Shown here in pieces: positions 1 to 8,893 of a stretch of 64,000 nucleotides of DNA. The stretch spans positions 163,456-227,455 of the forward strand of contig JAVZYK010000001.1 of the NCBI GenBank assembly GCA_038886195.1. Direction: 5' to 3'. The position numbers and the translations under genes are program-made. Within the stretch, counting starts at the first letter, position 1. The number at the start of each line of letters is the position of its first letter. This DNA comes from Candidatus Pacearchaeota archaeon (GTDB lineage: Archaea > Nanobdellota > Nanobdellia > Pacearchaeales > UBA284). The notes under the pieces are model-generated. The model did not search any database. It had not been told where the DNA came from and saw only the letters and a list, made by a program, of their open reading frames with translations.

Positions 1-532
1 TATCATTTGTAAGATAATCGACTTTTTTTTCTACTTTTAAATTAGATTCTATTTCTATTTCTTTAAGGGGAGCTGGATTGCCTATTATTGGAACGTGAGA
101 ATCTAAATTTATTTTTGCCTTAGGCATTTTTTTTAACTTAAAGTTCGCATCTACTGATTTTGTAGCAAGAGCTATTTCTTGCATTTTTTCTAAGAATTTT
201 GTTTTTTTAGCGGCTTTTGGTGATTTAATTTCTGAGACGAATCTTGAATAAATCATTCTTGATCTGTATGATAGTATATCTTGGATAGTTGCTTTTCTGG
301 CATGCCAATATTCTGGCATGCTTAAATATTCTGTATTTCCGTATTCGTTTGGTGCTATAATGCCGGCAAAAACATAAGGATAATTATATTGACCCACAAA
401 AATCTCTGGAGGAGACGAACCTGAAAATTCTAAAGAAATTTTAGGCCTGTATTGTTTTAATTGTTGTAGAATTTTACAACTTCTACCACACCATCCACGA
501 CCTTTACATCTAATACATAGATCTGAATTCAT
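1..532 (-). CDS. Conserved archaeal protein, 3'-truncated by the window edge; N-terminal Cys cluster (CIRCKGRGWCGRSC), possibly NreA-like
   Basis: My own translation of the minus strand from the ATG at 530-532: MNSDLCIRCKGRGWCGRSCKILQQLKQYRPK... runs with no stop to position 1. Absent from the ORF track because it is incomplete. The NreA assignment rests on my recollection of that family's N-terminal CxxCKG..CG..C motif. Confidence 0.45.
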   Translation of the reverse strand, partial: MNSDLCIRCKGRGWCGRSCKILQQLKQYRPKISLEFSGSSPPEIFVGQYNYPYVFAGIIAPNEYGNTEYLSMPEYWHARKATIQDILSYRSRMIYSRFVSEIKSPKAAKKTKFLEKMQEIALATKSVDANFKLKKMPKAKINLDSHVPIIGNPAPLKEIEIESNLKVEKKVDYLTND

Positions 533-602
533 ATAAAATGAAAAAATTAAGAATTAAAATAGTTTTTCCTCACTTTTTAATTTTACCCTGCTTTTTTGAT
601 TT

Positions 603-794
603 TTATCCCTTCAAATCACTGATCCCAATAATCAAAAAGATTATTCCAAACAAAACAATAAAAACCACTATTCCTCCTTTTAAAAACTCCAATGCCGCAA
701 TACCCCAACTATAAAAGAGAGGTACTGATGTTACTATTAAAATAGGCAAAACTATCAATATTATTCCTAACAAAATTTCAATCCACTTGTTCAT
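603..794 (-). CDS. Small hydrophobic membrane protein with two predicted TM helices
   Basis: 63-aa ORF made of two long hydrophobic stretches separated by a short loop, with a clean start and stop. Confidence 0.35.
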   Translation of the reverse strand: MNKWIEILLGIILIVLPILIVTSVPLFYSWGIAALEFLKGGIVVFIVLFGIIFLIIGISDLKG

Positions 795-879
795 AAAAAG
801 GTTAAACAGTTTTTATTTTTAAATTTTTTTATTTTTTAAATATCTAAAAATTTAAAAAGCCAAGATTGTTATAATAAAA

Positions 880-2835
880 ATGGAAAAAACGGGTGATAAA
901 ATAGTCATAGGTTTATTGATTATTGTGCTATTATCTCTTATAATATTTTTTTTAAGCCCAAAATTAATTATAGATGGTAAAGCGACAGCACCGCCGCCAC
1001 ACACATATCCTGAAAGAAGCGGCCATGTATGCGGTAATGGAAATTGTGAAAGTGGTGAAAATTACTATGATTGTCCAGAAGATTGTTGCGGCGAGGAAGA
1101 TATGCAAGTTAGAACACAAAATTCGTGTTGTGAAGGTTTAACTGCCGTTATAGATGTTTGTGAATTTGAATGGCCCAAAGAAGAAAAAGTGGAATTGCCT
1201 GTTTTGCCTCCAACACCTCCTTCTACAGAAGCTATAAAAGAATTCCCTCCAGGCACTGGGGCAGCTATAGCTCCTCCTCAACAAATTCCTGAAAAATATT
1301 GTTGGTTTTGTGTGAATTGTGGTGATGGTAAATGTAGTAAACATGAAACGGGCGAGAATTGTGCTATAGATTGTGCTGTTTGCGGTAACGGTATTTGTGA
1401 GTCTCCTAAAGAAACTTATGAAAATTGTCCAGAAGATTGTTGTGCACAAGCAGGTTATAGAGGAAAAGCTCCTGTAAAATGTTGTGAAGGTTTAAGAAAT
1501 ATTGATCCTTGCGATGTTCCTAATCCGCCTCAATATTGCACTATAACGATGAAACAAGAAGCCTGTATTAATTGTGGCAACGGCATTTGTGAAGAATATG
1601 AGAATGTTAAAAATTGTCCAGAAGATTGTTTATCTGTCGTAGCCAATTGCGAAGATTTGCCTAAATTAGAGATTTCTGCTTTAGATAGAAATGACAAAAT
1701 TGAATTTTGGTGGCGAGCTGACAGCATAATTCCTGAATCTAGAGTTTATATTAAAGAAGCTGATGAATGTATTAGTCAAGAATGCAATTTCGGTCAAGAA
1801 AATTTAATAATAAATAATTATCAACCGGGAACATCGCCTCAAGAATACTTTATTGATATGCCTCAAGATAATTTAAAATTTTATAAGTTTATTTCTAAAG
1901 TAAAAATTGGACCGAAAGAGGCCAATTGCAAGCCAGAATGTATGTTCATTGATAGTGACAGTGAAGGATTTTATGATCCTTGTTTTGAAGCACCAAAGTT
2001 GTTAAAATACAGCTCTTGCGCTAACAAAGAAGCTCATTGCTGCTTCAAAGGAACAAGAAGCGAAGGTTGGTATGATGTCGATTGTGATAAAGCTACAGAA
2101 GAAAATTTAATCACATATGATTCGACTTGTCATCTTGGAGCCATGCTTTGCGAACAGGAATCGGATTTAATGGTTAAATATACTCAAGAATTTAAAAAGC
2201 CAGAAGAAAGAGGAGCTTTAACTGCCAGAACTGGAGTTAATTGGTTACATTTTGTAAATTTTGGCGGAATAGTTTCAAGCGATCAGTTGCTTAAAATCGG
2301 AGGCTCGCCTTTTGATTATGTTGCTTATTGGGATCCAGAAAAACAAGAGCAGCACGGAACAGCAGAAGGCGATCCAAAAATGGTTTGCGAACAAAAGCCA
2401 GGACAAAAACAAGGCGTTTGTTATCTTGAGCGAGTCTTTACCGGCGTCTTTACAATGAAACGCGGCCATCCTTATTTCGTCTCACTTCGAGTTCCTCAAT
2501 TTGACATGACTTATGTCGGCAAAATTCCTGAACATGTGACGTTTGAGTTCAAGTATGGGCCGAGCAACTCAGGGCATGCTAATTATATTGTTCTTCCTTT
2601 AGACACGACAATAAAAACAGCAAAAGACTTATGTGAAGCTAAAGCAGACAACGGCCAAGATTTAATGAGCGATGATGATAACATTGGTTTCTGGGATGTT
2701 GAGCAACAAAAAATAATCATGCCTGCGGCAAGATGTTTTGAAATTAAAAATGTTCCTGGTTATAACTTTAATCTTGAAGCAGGCAAGATTTATTTAATAA
2801 CAGTTCCTGGAGACAGAACTTGGACACAAAAATAA
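880..2835 (+). CDS. Secreted or signal-anchored cysteine-rich repeat protein
   Basis: N-terminal hydrophobic anchor. At least four repeats of the pattern C-[GIN]-N-C-G-[ND]-G-x-C-E-x(4-8)-NCPEDC, for example CGNGNCESGENYYDCPEDCCG and CINCGNGICEEYENVKNCPEDC, followed by a Cys-rich C-terminal half of about 380 aa. The repeats resemble Myxococcus-type CxxCGDG...EECD repeats (DUF4215-like). Confidence 0.6.
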   Translation: MEKTGDKIVIGLLIIVLLSLIIFFLSPKLIIDGKATAPPPHTYPERSGHVCGNGNCESGENYYDCPEDCCGEEDMQVRTQNSCCEGLTAVIDVCEFEWPKEEKVELPVLPPTPPSTEAIKEFPPGTGAAIAPPQQIPEKYCWFCVNCGDGKCSKHETGENCAIDCAVCGNGICESPKETYENCPEDCCAQAGYRGKAPVKCCEGLRNIDPCDVPNPPQYCTITMKQEACINCGNGICEEYENVKNCPEDCLSVVANCEDLPKLEISALDRNDKIEFWWRADSIIPESRVYIKEADECISQECNFGQENLIINNYQPGTSPQEYFIDMPQDNLKFYKFISKVKIGPKEANCKPECMFIDSDSEGFYDPCFEAPKLLKYSSCANKEAHCCFKGTRSEGWYDVDCDKATEENLITYDSTCHLGAMLCEQESDLMVKYTQEFKKPEERGALTARTGVNWLHFVNFGGIVSSDQLLKIGGSPFDYVAYWDPEKQEQHGTAEGDPKMVCEQKPGQKQGVCYLERVFTGVFTMKRGHPYFVSLRVPQFDMTYVGKIPEHVTFEFKYGPSNSGHANYIVLPLDTTIKTAKDLCEAKADNGQDLMSDDDNIGFWDVEQQKIIMPAARCFEIKNVPGYNFNLEAGKIYLITVPGDRTWTQK

Positions 2836-2893
2836 TTGTAACTTAACAATAGTAAAACAAAAGATTTATAAAGTTCTTTGAATTGTTTTACAA

Positions 2894-3847
2894 ATGAAAA
2901 TTGTCAAACCTTTGATTACGGCAGGATTAATAGGATTAATTTCAGAAGTTGGCGCTCAAACAATAGGACAGAGAGTTTGGGATGCACACAATGGAGTAAG
3001 TTCTAATGGAACAATTGTCAATTGCTGGGTTAATAATGGAAGTTCTGGAATTCAAAAAGATACTGTTGATATCTATGGTAATTGGTGGGTACCAGCAGGC
3101 AATTTTAATCCACCGCCAGTTGCAGGTGATACAATAAAATCAGTTGATACTCTTGTTTATGGCGGAATAATTTATACAGGAAGGATGAGATGTCTTTATA
3201 CTGGAAGTAATACTAATATTCCAACTGGCTTTTTAGATGATCCTAACAAAAACGTTGTTGCTTTGAGTGTTGGAGCAAATAAAGTCAAAAACAGAAGTTT
3301 AAGGCCGCAATACAAAATGAATGCAAAAGGATGGCTTCAAAAAAATCCTAATCAGAAGATTCAGTTTATTAATTATTTTAGAAGGGCTTTAGGACAAGAC
3401 AGTTTGGCTATTGACACTACAGACATTCATAATCAGCTTTATTTCAATCTTGAAAAACAAGATTCAATTTGGCGCCAAGGAGATGTTTTTATAACAATGA
3501 TTTATCAGATCAAAGGCGACACAATGTGGTATCAATATTTCAGTCAAGTTATTGATACGACAAAATATGGCAGGGCATCTATAGTTGATTCTTTAAGATA
3601 TACTGCTGATTCAATGATCATCGGCATAGTTGAAGAAAAGTTAGAAAATAAAGTCAAAGAAGGCTTAATTATTAAACCAAATCCTGCAAGGAATTATCTT
3701 ATTTCAACTAAAGAAGCCATTTTATATGATGCTTTGGGAAGAAAAATTAAGAAAATAGATAAAGGTAAAAACAATCTTGATTTGAATTCTGGAGTTTATT
3801 TTGTTAAGAAAGATGAGGATATTGAAAAGTTAGTGATTTACAAGTGA
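2894..3847 (+). CDS. Secreted protein with a T9SS-type (Por secretion) C-terminal sorting-domain-like tail
   Basis: Signal peptide MKIVKPLITAGLIGLISEVGAQ. The C-terminal ~70 aa, KPNPARNYLIS...ILYDALGRKIKKID...LNSGVYFVKK, fits the NPA...YD..GR.V......L..GvYfv pattern of Por_Secre_tail/TIGR04183 domains. Confidence 0.5.
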   Translation: MKIVKPLITAGLIGLISEVGAQTIGQRVWDAHNGVSSNGTIVNCWVNNGSSGIQKDTVDIYGNWWVPAGNFNPPPVAGDTIKSVDTLVYGGIIYTGRMRCLYTGSNTNIPTGFLDDPNKNVVALSVGANKVKNRSLRPQYKMNAKGWLQKNPNQKIQFINYFRRALGQDSLAIDTTDIHNQLYFNLEKQDSIWRQGDVFITMIYQIKGDTMWYQYFSQVIDTTKYGRASIVDSLRYTADSMIIGIVEEKLENKVKEGLIIKPNPARNYLISTKEAILYDALGRKIKKIDKGKNNLDLNSGVYFVKKDEDIEKLVIYK

Positions 3848-3962
3848 TTTGGCGGCCATCCTTATTTCTTTCATTTTTCTTATAAAATAAGAAACTTTAA
3901 AAATACCTTTTCTTTATCTTTAAAATAATCTTTAAAATAAAAAAGAAAAATAGGAACAAAAA

Positions 3963-4544
3963 ATGAGATCAGCTTACAGCTATATTTCAGAGTTATGGAA
4001 AAGGCCGAAAGAATCTTTAGGAAAGTTATGGAGAGAAAGACTTATAGAATGGCGTAAAAGTGAGACGGTTGTTAGAGTTGATAAACCTACTCGATTAGAT
4101 AGAGCTAGAGCTCTTGGCTATAAAGCAAAACCGGGTTTTGTGATTGTGAGAGTTAGAGTAAGAAGAGGCGGCCATAAAAGACCGAGGCCAAGAGCTGGTA
4201 GAAGAAGCAAAAGAATGACTATAAGAAAAACACTCAAGATGAATTATCGATGGATAGCTGAACAAAGAGCTGCAAGAAAGTTCCCTAATTTAGAAGTGCT
4301 TAATTCATATTGGCTTGCTAAAGATGGCAATTATGCTTGGTATGAAGTTATTTTAGTTGATCCAAACAGGCCAGAAATAAAAGCAGATAAAAATATTGGT
4401 TGGATTGCAAGCAAGAAACACAAAGGCAGAGTATTCCGTGGATTAACAAGCGCTGCGAGAAAATCAAGAGGATTGAGAAAAAAAGGTAAAAGAGCAATAA
4501 AAGTCAGACCTTCTTTAAGAGCGCATGAAAGAAAAGGCAAGTAA
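3963..4544 (+). CDS. rpl15e: 50S ribosomal protein L15e
   Basis: [16 protein letters not shown]...[29 protein letters not shown] matches the conserved L15e N-terminus. 193 aa and highly basic. Confidence 0.9.
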   Translation: MRSAYSYISELWKRPKESLGKLWRERLIEWRKSETVVRVDKPTRLDRARALGYKAKPGFVIVRVRVRRGGHKRPRPRAGRRSKRMTIRKTLKMNYRWIAEQRAARKFPNLEVLNSYWLAKDGNYAWYEVILVDPNRPEIKADKNIGWIASKKHKGRVFRGLTSAARKSRGLRKKGKRAIKVRPSLRAHERKGK

Positions 4545-4605
4545 TTAAATACTTAAACACACAAAAATTTAAATAGATGACTATTCTTTCTTTTAGTAAT
4601 AAAAA

Positions 4606-4761
4606 ATGGTAGAATATCAATGTGAAGCTTGTGGTTATAGATTTTATAGAGAAAGGTTGCCTTTTAGATGTCCTTATTGTGGTAAAGAATCAAGCATAAG
4701 ACCTTCTCCTAGTGCAGAAGAAATTATGAACGAAATCGAAAAAGAAGAAGCAACTAAATAG
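4606..4761 (+). CDS. rpoP: Small zinc-ribbon protein, probably RNA polymerase subunit P (RpoP/Rpb12 family)
   Basis: 51-aa ORF not in the track: MVEYQCEACGYRFYRERLPFRCPYCGKESSIRPSP.... The Y-x-C-x2-C-x2-F...RCPYCG...RP layout is typical of archaeal RpoP. It sits between rpl15e and disA. Confidence 0.45.
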   Translation: MVEYQCEACGYRFYRERLPFRCPYCGKESSIRPSPSAEEIMNEIEKEEATK

Positions 4762-4882
4762 ATTTTAGATTTTATTTTATAAAAGAACATCTTGTTTGAA
4801 GAAAAGAATTCTTAAATTCTGAATTAAAGAAAATTTATTTAAACTCAATTTTGTTTATTTTTTATAAAAAAGAAGTGAGAAA

Positions 4883-5992
4883 ATGTTAAATAGTGATAAA
4901 GAAAATTTTAAAGAAGAGCTCGAATTAAAAGCAATTGAGGATGAAAAAAAAGAACGAGAATTTGAAGAACTTTTAGATGTAATAAGGCTATTGACTCCTG
5001 GAACTCCTCTTCGTGCCGCTATTGATGATATTGCTCGTGCTGGAATGGGCGCTTTAATTGTTTTAGGCGATTCTCCAGAAGTTTTGAAAATTAAAAATGG
5101 TGGAATAAAAATTGATTGTAAATTTACGCCACAACAACTAGTAGAGCTCTGTAAGATGGACGGAGCAATTATTTTATCAGATGATTTAAAAAAAATAGTT
5201 TATTGCAATACTCAACTTGTTCCAGATCCCAACATAGAAACTAATGAAACGGGTACAAGACACAGGGCGGCTGAACGTACAGCAAAACAAACTTCTAGAC
5301 CAGTAATTGCAATATCAGAAAGAAGAAAAACTACAAGCCTTTATTATAAAAATATAAAATATCAATTAAGAAATTCTGATGAAATTTTAAACAAAGCAAC
5401 AGAAACTCTTAGAATGTTAGAAAAACATAAAGAAATTTTGAATGAATTGCTTATCAATCTCAATATTATGGAACTTACAAATTTCGTAAGTCTTAATGAA
5501 GTAGTTTTATGTATTCAAAGAATGGAAATTATTTCTAGAATTACAAGAACAATAAAAAAATATATTATTGAATTGGGAGCCGAGGGCAATTTAGTTAAAA
5601 TTTTGCTCAAGGAAATTATAAAGGGTTTGGAAAAAGAGAAAGATTTGTTATTGAAGGATTATAGTAGAAACTGGGGCTTTACAAAAACCGCATTGCCATC
5701 TTTAACTCTTGATGAGTTAATTGAGCCAGAAAATATTATAAGAATTTTACTTTATTCTAGTCCAACAGATCCTGTAAAACCAAAAGGTTACCGATTATTG
5801 TCTAAGACTTCACTAAATGAAGAAACTATAGAGATTCTTGTAAATAATTTCGGAACTTTACAAAATTTAATGGAAACTTTGAGCCTGCAATCAAATAAAC
5901 TGGTAGAAATTATTGGAGAAAAAGATACAAAAAAATTAGTAAGAGATTTTGAAAATTTGAAGGAGCAAGCTCTAGTTGGAAAGAAAATTTAA
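4883..5992 (+). CDS. disA: DisA-type diadenylate cyclase (DAC domain plus C-terminal HhH)
   Basis: LTPGTPLRAAIDDIARAGMGALIVLGDSPEV...KMDGAIILSDD...ETGTRHRAAERTAKQT reproduces the DisA_N DGA and RHR catalytic motifs. The C-terminus, LVNNFGTLQNLMETLSLQSNKLVEIIGEKDTKKL, is HhH-like. Confidence 0.75.
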   Translation: MLNSDKENFKEELELKAIEDEKKEREFEELLDVIRLLTPGTPLRAAIDDIARAGMGALIVLGDSPEVLKIKNGGIKIDCKFTPQQLVELCKMDGAIILSDDLKKIVYCNTQLVPDPNIETNETGTRHRAAERTAKQTSRPVIAISERRKTTSLYYKNIKYQLRNSDEILNKATETLRMLEKHKEILNELLINLNIMELTNFVSLNEVVLCIQRMEIISRITRTIKKYIIELGAEGNLVKILLKEIIKGLEKEKDLLLKDYSRNWGFTKTALPSLTLDELIEPENIIRILLYSSPTDPVKPKGYRLLSKTSLNEETIEILVNNFGTLQNLMETLSLQSNKLVEIIGEKDTKKLVRDFENLKEQALVGKKI

Positions 5993-6007
5993 ATTAAATG
6001 TAAAAAA

Positions 6008-7054
6008 ATGATAAGTCAAAAACAAATAGAACAAGTAAGAACATTTCTGGAAAAAACGCAAAATCCTTTGTTTTTTTTTGATAATGATGTAGATGGCTTG
6101 GCTTCTTTTCTTTTGCTTCGTAGATTTTGTGATAAAGGAAAAGGCATTGCTATTAAAAGCTTTCCTGATTTGAATACTTCTTATTCTCGTAAAATCGAAG
6201 AATTTAAGCCAGATTATATTTTTGTTCTAGACAAACCATTGATTGAGAAAGGTTTTAGAGAAGCAGCACAACAATTCAATATTCCTATAATATGGATAGA
6301 TCATCATCCAATTCCAGATTATGCAAATGAAAATAACATTTACTATTTCAATCCTTTGACAGAAGGAAAAATTAATGAGCCAGTATCTTATATATGTTAT
6401 AAAATAACGGGAAGAAAAGAAGATGAATGGATAGCAATGATAGGCTGTCTTTCTGACTGGTTTATTCCTGATTTTTCTGAAAATTTCATTAAAGAATATC
6501 CTGAACTATTTTCCAATATAAAAAGTCCTGCAAAGGCTCTGTATGAAACAGAACTTGGAAAAATAATTAAAATTCTTAGTTTTGCATTAAAAGATAGAAC
6601 AAGCAATGTAGTTAAGATGTTAAAAAATTTGCTTACAATTAAAAATCCCAGAGAATTATTAGATGCAAGTTCTCCTAAGATGGTTTCTATATATAAACGA
6701 TTTAATCAAATAAACCGAAGATATGAAAAAATATTAAACAAAGCTAAAGAACTTGCCAAAAATCATAAAAGATTAATTTTCTTCCAATATGGAGGAGATT
6801 TAAGTCTTAGTTCAGAAATTTCTAATGAATTAATATATCTTTTTCCAGATAGAGTAGTTGTTGTTGCATACATTAAAGGAACTAGAGCCAATGTATCAGT
6901 AAGAGGAGTATTTATGAATGTTAGAGAACTAGTGGCAAAGGCTTTAGAAGGAATCGAATCGACAAGTGGCGGCCATGAACATGCCTGTGGAGCTACTTTG
7001 CAAGTTGAAGACTTGCCAAAATTTAGAGACAATTTAATAAAACTTTTAAAATGA
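6008..7054 (+). CDS. DHH/DHHA1 family phosphoesterase (NrnA/DhhP-like; candidate c-di-AMP/pApA phosphodiesterase)
   Basis: Motif I FFFDNDVDGLAS, motif III WIDHHP, and DHHA1 GGHEHACGA. At 348 aa it matches the NrnA/DhhP size class rather than RecJ. It starts 16 nt after the disA stop. Confidence 0.75.
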   Translation: MISQKQIEQVRTFLEKTQNPLFFFDNDVDGLASFLLLRRFCDKGKGIAIKSFPDLNTSYSRKIEEFKPDYIFVLDKPLIEKGFREAAQQFNIPIIWIDHHPIPDYANENNIYYFNPLTEGKINEPVSYICYKITGRKEDEWIAMIGCLSDWFIPDFSENFIKEYPELFSNIKSPAKALYETELGKIIKILSFALKDRTSNVVKMLKNLLTIKNPRELLDASSPKMVSIYKRFNQINRRYEKILNKAKELAKNHKRLIFFQYGGDLSLSSEISNELIYLFPDRVVVVAYIKGTRANVSVRGVFMNVRELVAKALEGIESTSGGHEHACGATLQVEDLPKFRDNLIKLLK

Positions 7055-7959
7055 AAAAATCAATTAATGATAAAGAGTTAATGAAGAAAATAGGAATTGA
7101 TAAAAGATTGTTGTCATTATTTAAAAAAAGAAGGGAGGAAGCTTTGAAAGAAGCTAAAGAAATAAAAAAACATTTTTTTGAAAAGAAAATAAGAGTTCTT
7201 GGAATAAATGGCTCGAGGCGCATTAAAAATGATTGCCCAGCAGAAGATTCAACAACAGAATGGCTTCTTGATAAATGTTTAGATGAGGCAAAAAAACTGG
7301 GAGCTGAGGTAAAGAAAATTAATTTAATGGAATATAATATCGAACCTTGTAAAGGCTGCTATAGCACAACAAACACTCAATGTCATTACAAATGCACTTG
7401 TTACCCTGAAGGCGAATATGGAGATGATATGACTAATAAATTATACGATATTGTTTCGTGGGCTGATGTTATTGTTTTTGCAACACCAGTTCATAATTTT
7501 AAAATCTCTTCTCATATGTCTTTATTTCTTGACAGATTAATAAGTATGGACGGAAGTCTCGCTCCTGCAGACATATATAATGTTAAAAATAAGAAAATTA
7601 ATATAAAACATACTAAATTTATAGAGTTAACTGGAAATGAAAAATTTGGATCTGGATTTTTAAGAAGATTAACAGGAAAAATAGCTGGAATTATAGTTTC
7701 TGGCCATGAGGTTGGCGCAAGTATGGTGATATCTTCTCTTTTTATGACTTTAAATCATTTTGGAATGGTTTTCCCACCATTTAGTAATATGTATGCAATT
7801 AATACTATATGTGAAGGAACGTATAAAGATAAAGAAAAATTAAGAAACGAGTGTTATGAAAAAGAGGCTAGACGATTGGCAAAGAATTTAATTACTGCTG
7901 CAAAAGTATTAAAAAGAAATAATGATTATTGGTGGGTTTATGATGGAAAAAGCAATTAA
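7051..7959 (+). CDS. Flavodoxin-like fold NAD(P)H-dependent FMN reductase / iron-sulfur flavoprotein-like
   Basis: RVLGINGSRR...ADVIVFATPVHNFKISSHMSLFLDRL is the FMN_red/flavodoxin-like signature. An extra Cys cluster, CKGC...C..C.C, is as in Isf proteins. Its start overlaps the stop of the upstream DHH gene by 4 nt. Confidence 0.6.
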   Translation: MKKSINDKELMKKIGIDKRLLSLFKKRREEALKEAKEIKKHFFEKKIRVLGINGSRRIKNDCPAEDSTTEWLLDKCLDEAKKLGAEVKKINLMEYNIEPCKGCYSTTNTQCHYKCTCYPEGEYGDDMTNKLYDIVSWADVIVFATPVHNFKISSHMSLFLDRLISMDGSLAPADIYNVKNKKINIKHTKFIELTGNEKFGSGFLRRLTGKIAGIIVSGHEVGASMVISSLFMTLNHFGMVFPPFSNMYAINTICEGTYKDKEKLRNECYEKEARRLAKNLITAAKVLKRNNDYWWVYDGKSN

Positions 7960-8893
7960 AATGGAATTCAAAGAGATTAAGCACATTAAAATTGTAAATG
8001 GAATAAAAGTTTCTGAACTTGTGAATAGAATGAAAAATGTTGGATTTGGTGCTAAAAATTTAGCAGAAGCTTCAAATATTCTTGAAACAGCAATCAGAGA
8101 TAAAGAATGTAAATTATTTTTTGGAATGGCCGGCGCTCTTGTGCCTGGAGGAATGAGAGAGATAGTGATTGATATGTTAAGAAAAGAATTTGTTGATGTT
8201 TTTGTTACAACGGGGGCAAATTTAACTCACGATTTAATTGAAGCTCTTGGATTTAAACATTATCAAGGATCAGCCAATGTTGATGATGTTGAATTAAATA
8301 AAAAAGGCATTGACAGAATATATAACGTTTTTATGAAAAATCAAGTTTATGAACATCTAGAAAAATTTTTTACTAAAAATTTTGATGAATTATCGAAAAC
8401 AACTTCACCAAGAGAATTTTTATGGAAACTTGGAGAGTTAGTTCATAAAAAAAGCATTTTAAAAATTTGTTACGAAAGAAAAATTCCCATCTTTTGTCCA
8501 GCATTAACAGATTCTGGAATTGGTTTAATGGTTTGGGGCCAACTTATTAGAAAAAGGAAAATAGAGTTGGATTTTTTTAAAGATCTGGCCGAAATTATAG
8601 AAATATCTTGGAGTGCTAAGAAGACTGCTGTTTTGTATATTGGTGGAGGAGTTCCTAAAAATTACATTCAACAAGCTTTACAGTTTACAAAACCAGCAAT
8701 TTATGGAGTTCAAATCACTACAGACAGAGCAGAACCTGGCGGTTCTAGTGGAGCTTCACTTAAAGAAGGAATTTCTTGGGGAAAGATGTCTAGAAAGGCA
8801 AAATTTGTAGATGTTTTTTGTGATGCTACTATAGCTTTACCTTTGCTTTACGCTTCGTTAATAGATAAATTAAAAATAAAAAAAGAGGGTTAG
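7922..8893 (+). CDS. dys: Deoxyhypusine synthase
   Basis: FFGMAGALVPGGMREIVIDMLRKEFVDVFVTTGANLTHDLIEAL and YIGGGVPKNY...GGSSGASLKEGISWGKM correspond to the DHS NAD/spermidine-binding motifs. The true start may be the internal Met near 7940-7943 (MMEKAIK). Confidence 0.8.
   Translation: MIIGGFMMEKAIKMEFKEIKHIKIVNGIKVSELVNRMKNVGFGAKNLAEASNILETAIRDKECKLFFGMAGALVPGGMREIVIDMLRKEFVDVFVTTGANLTHDLIEALGFKHYQGSANVDDVELNKKGIDRIYNVFMKNQVYEHLEKFFTKNFDELSKTTSPREFLWKLGELVHKKSILKICYERKIPIFCPALTDSGIGLMVWGQLIRKRKIELDFFKDLAEIIEISWSAKKTAVLYIGGGVPKNYIQQALQFTKPAIYGVQITTDRAEPGGSSGASLKEGISWGKMSRKAKFVDVFCDATIALPLLYASLIDKLKIKKEG

Noticed and set aside
2461-3869. 17-nt identical GC-rich string GCGGCCATCCTTATTTC at 2463 (inside the CDS) and again at 3851 (just after the next gene's stop)
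   Set aside because: Too short to establish a repeat element. It is possibly chance or a micro-duplication, and no flanking similarity was found.
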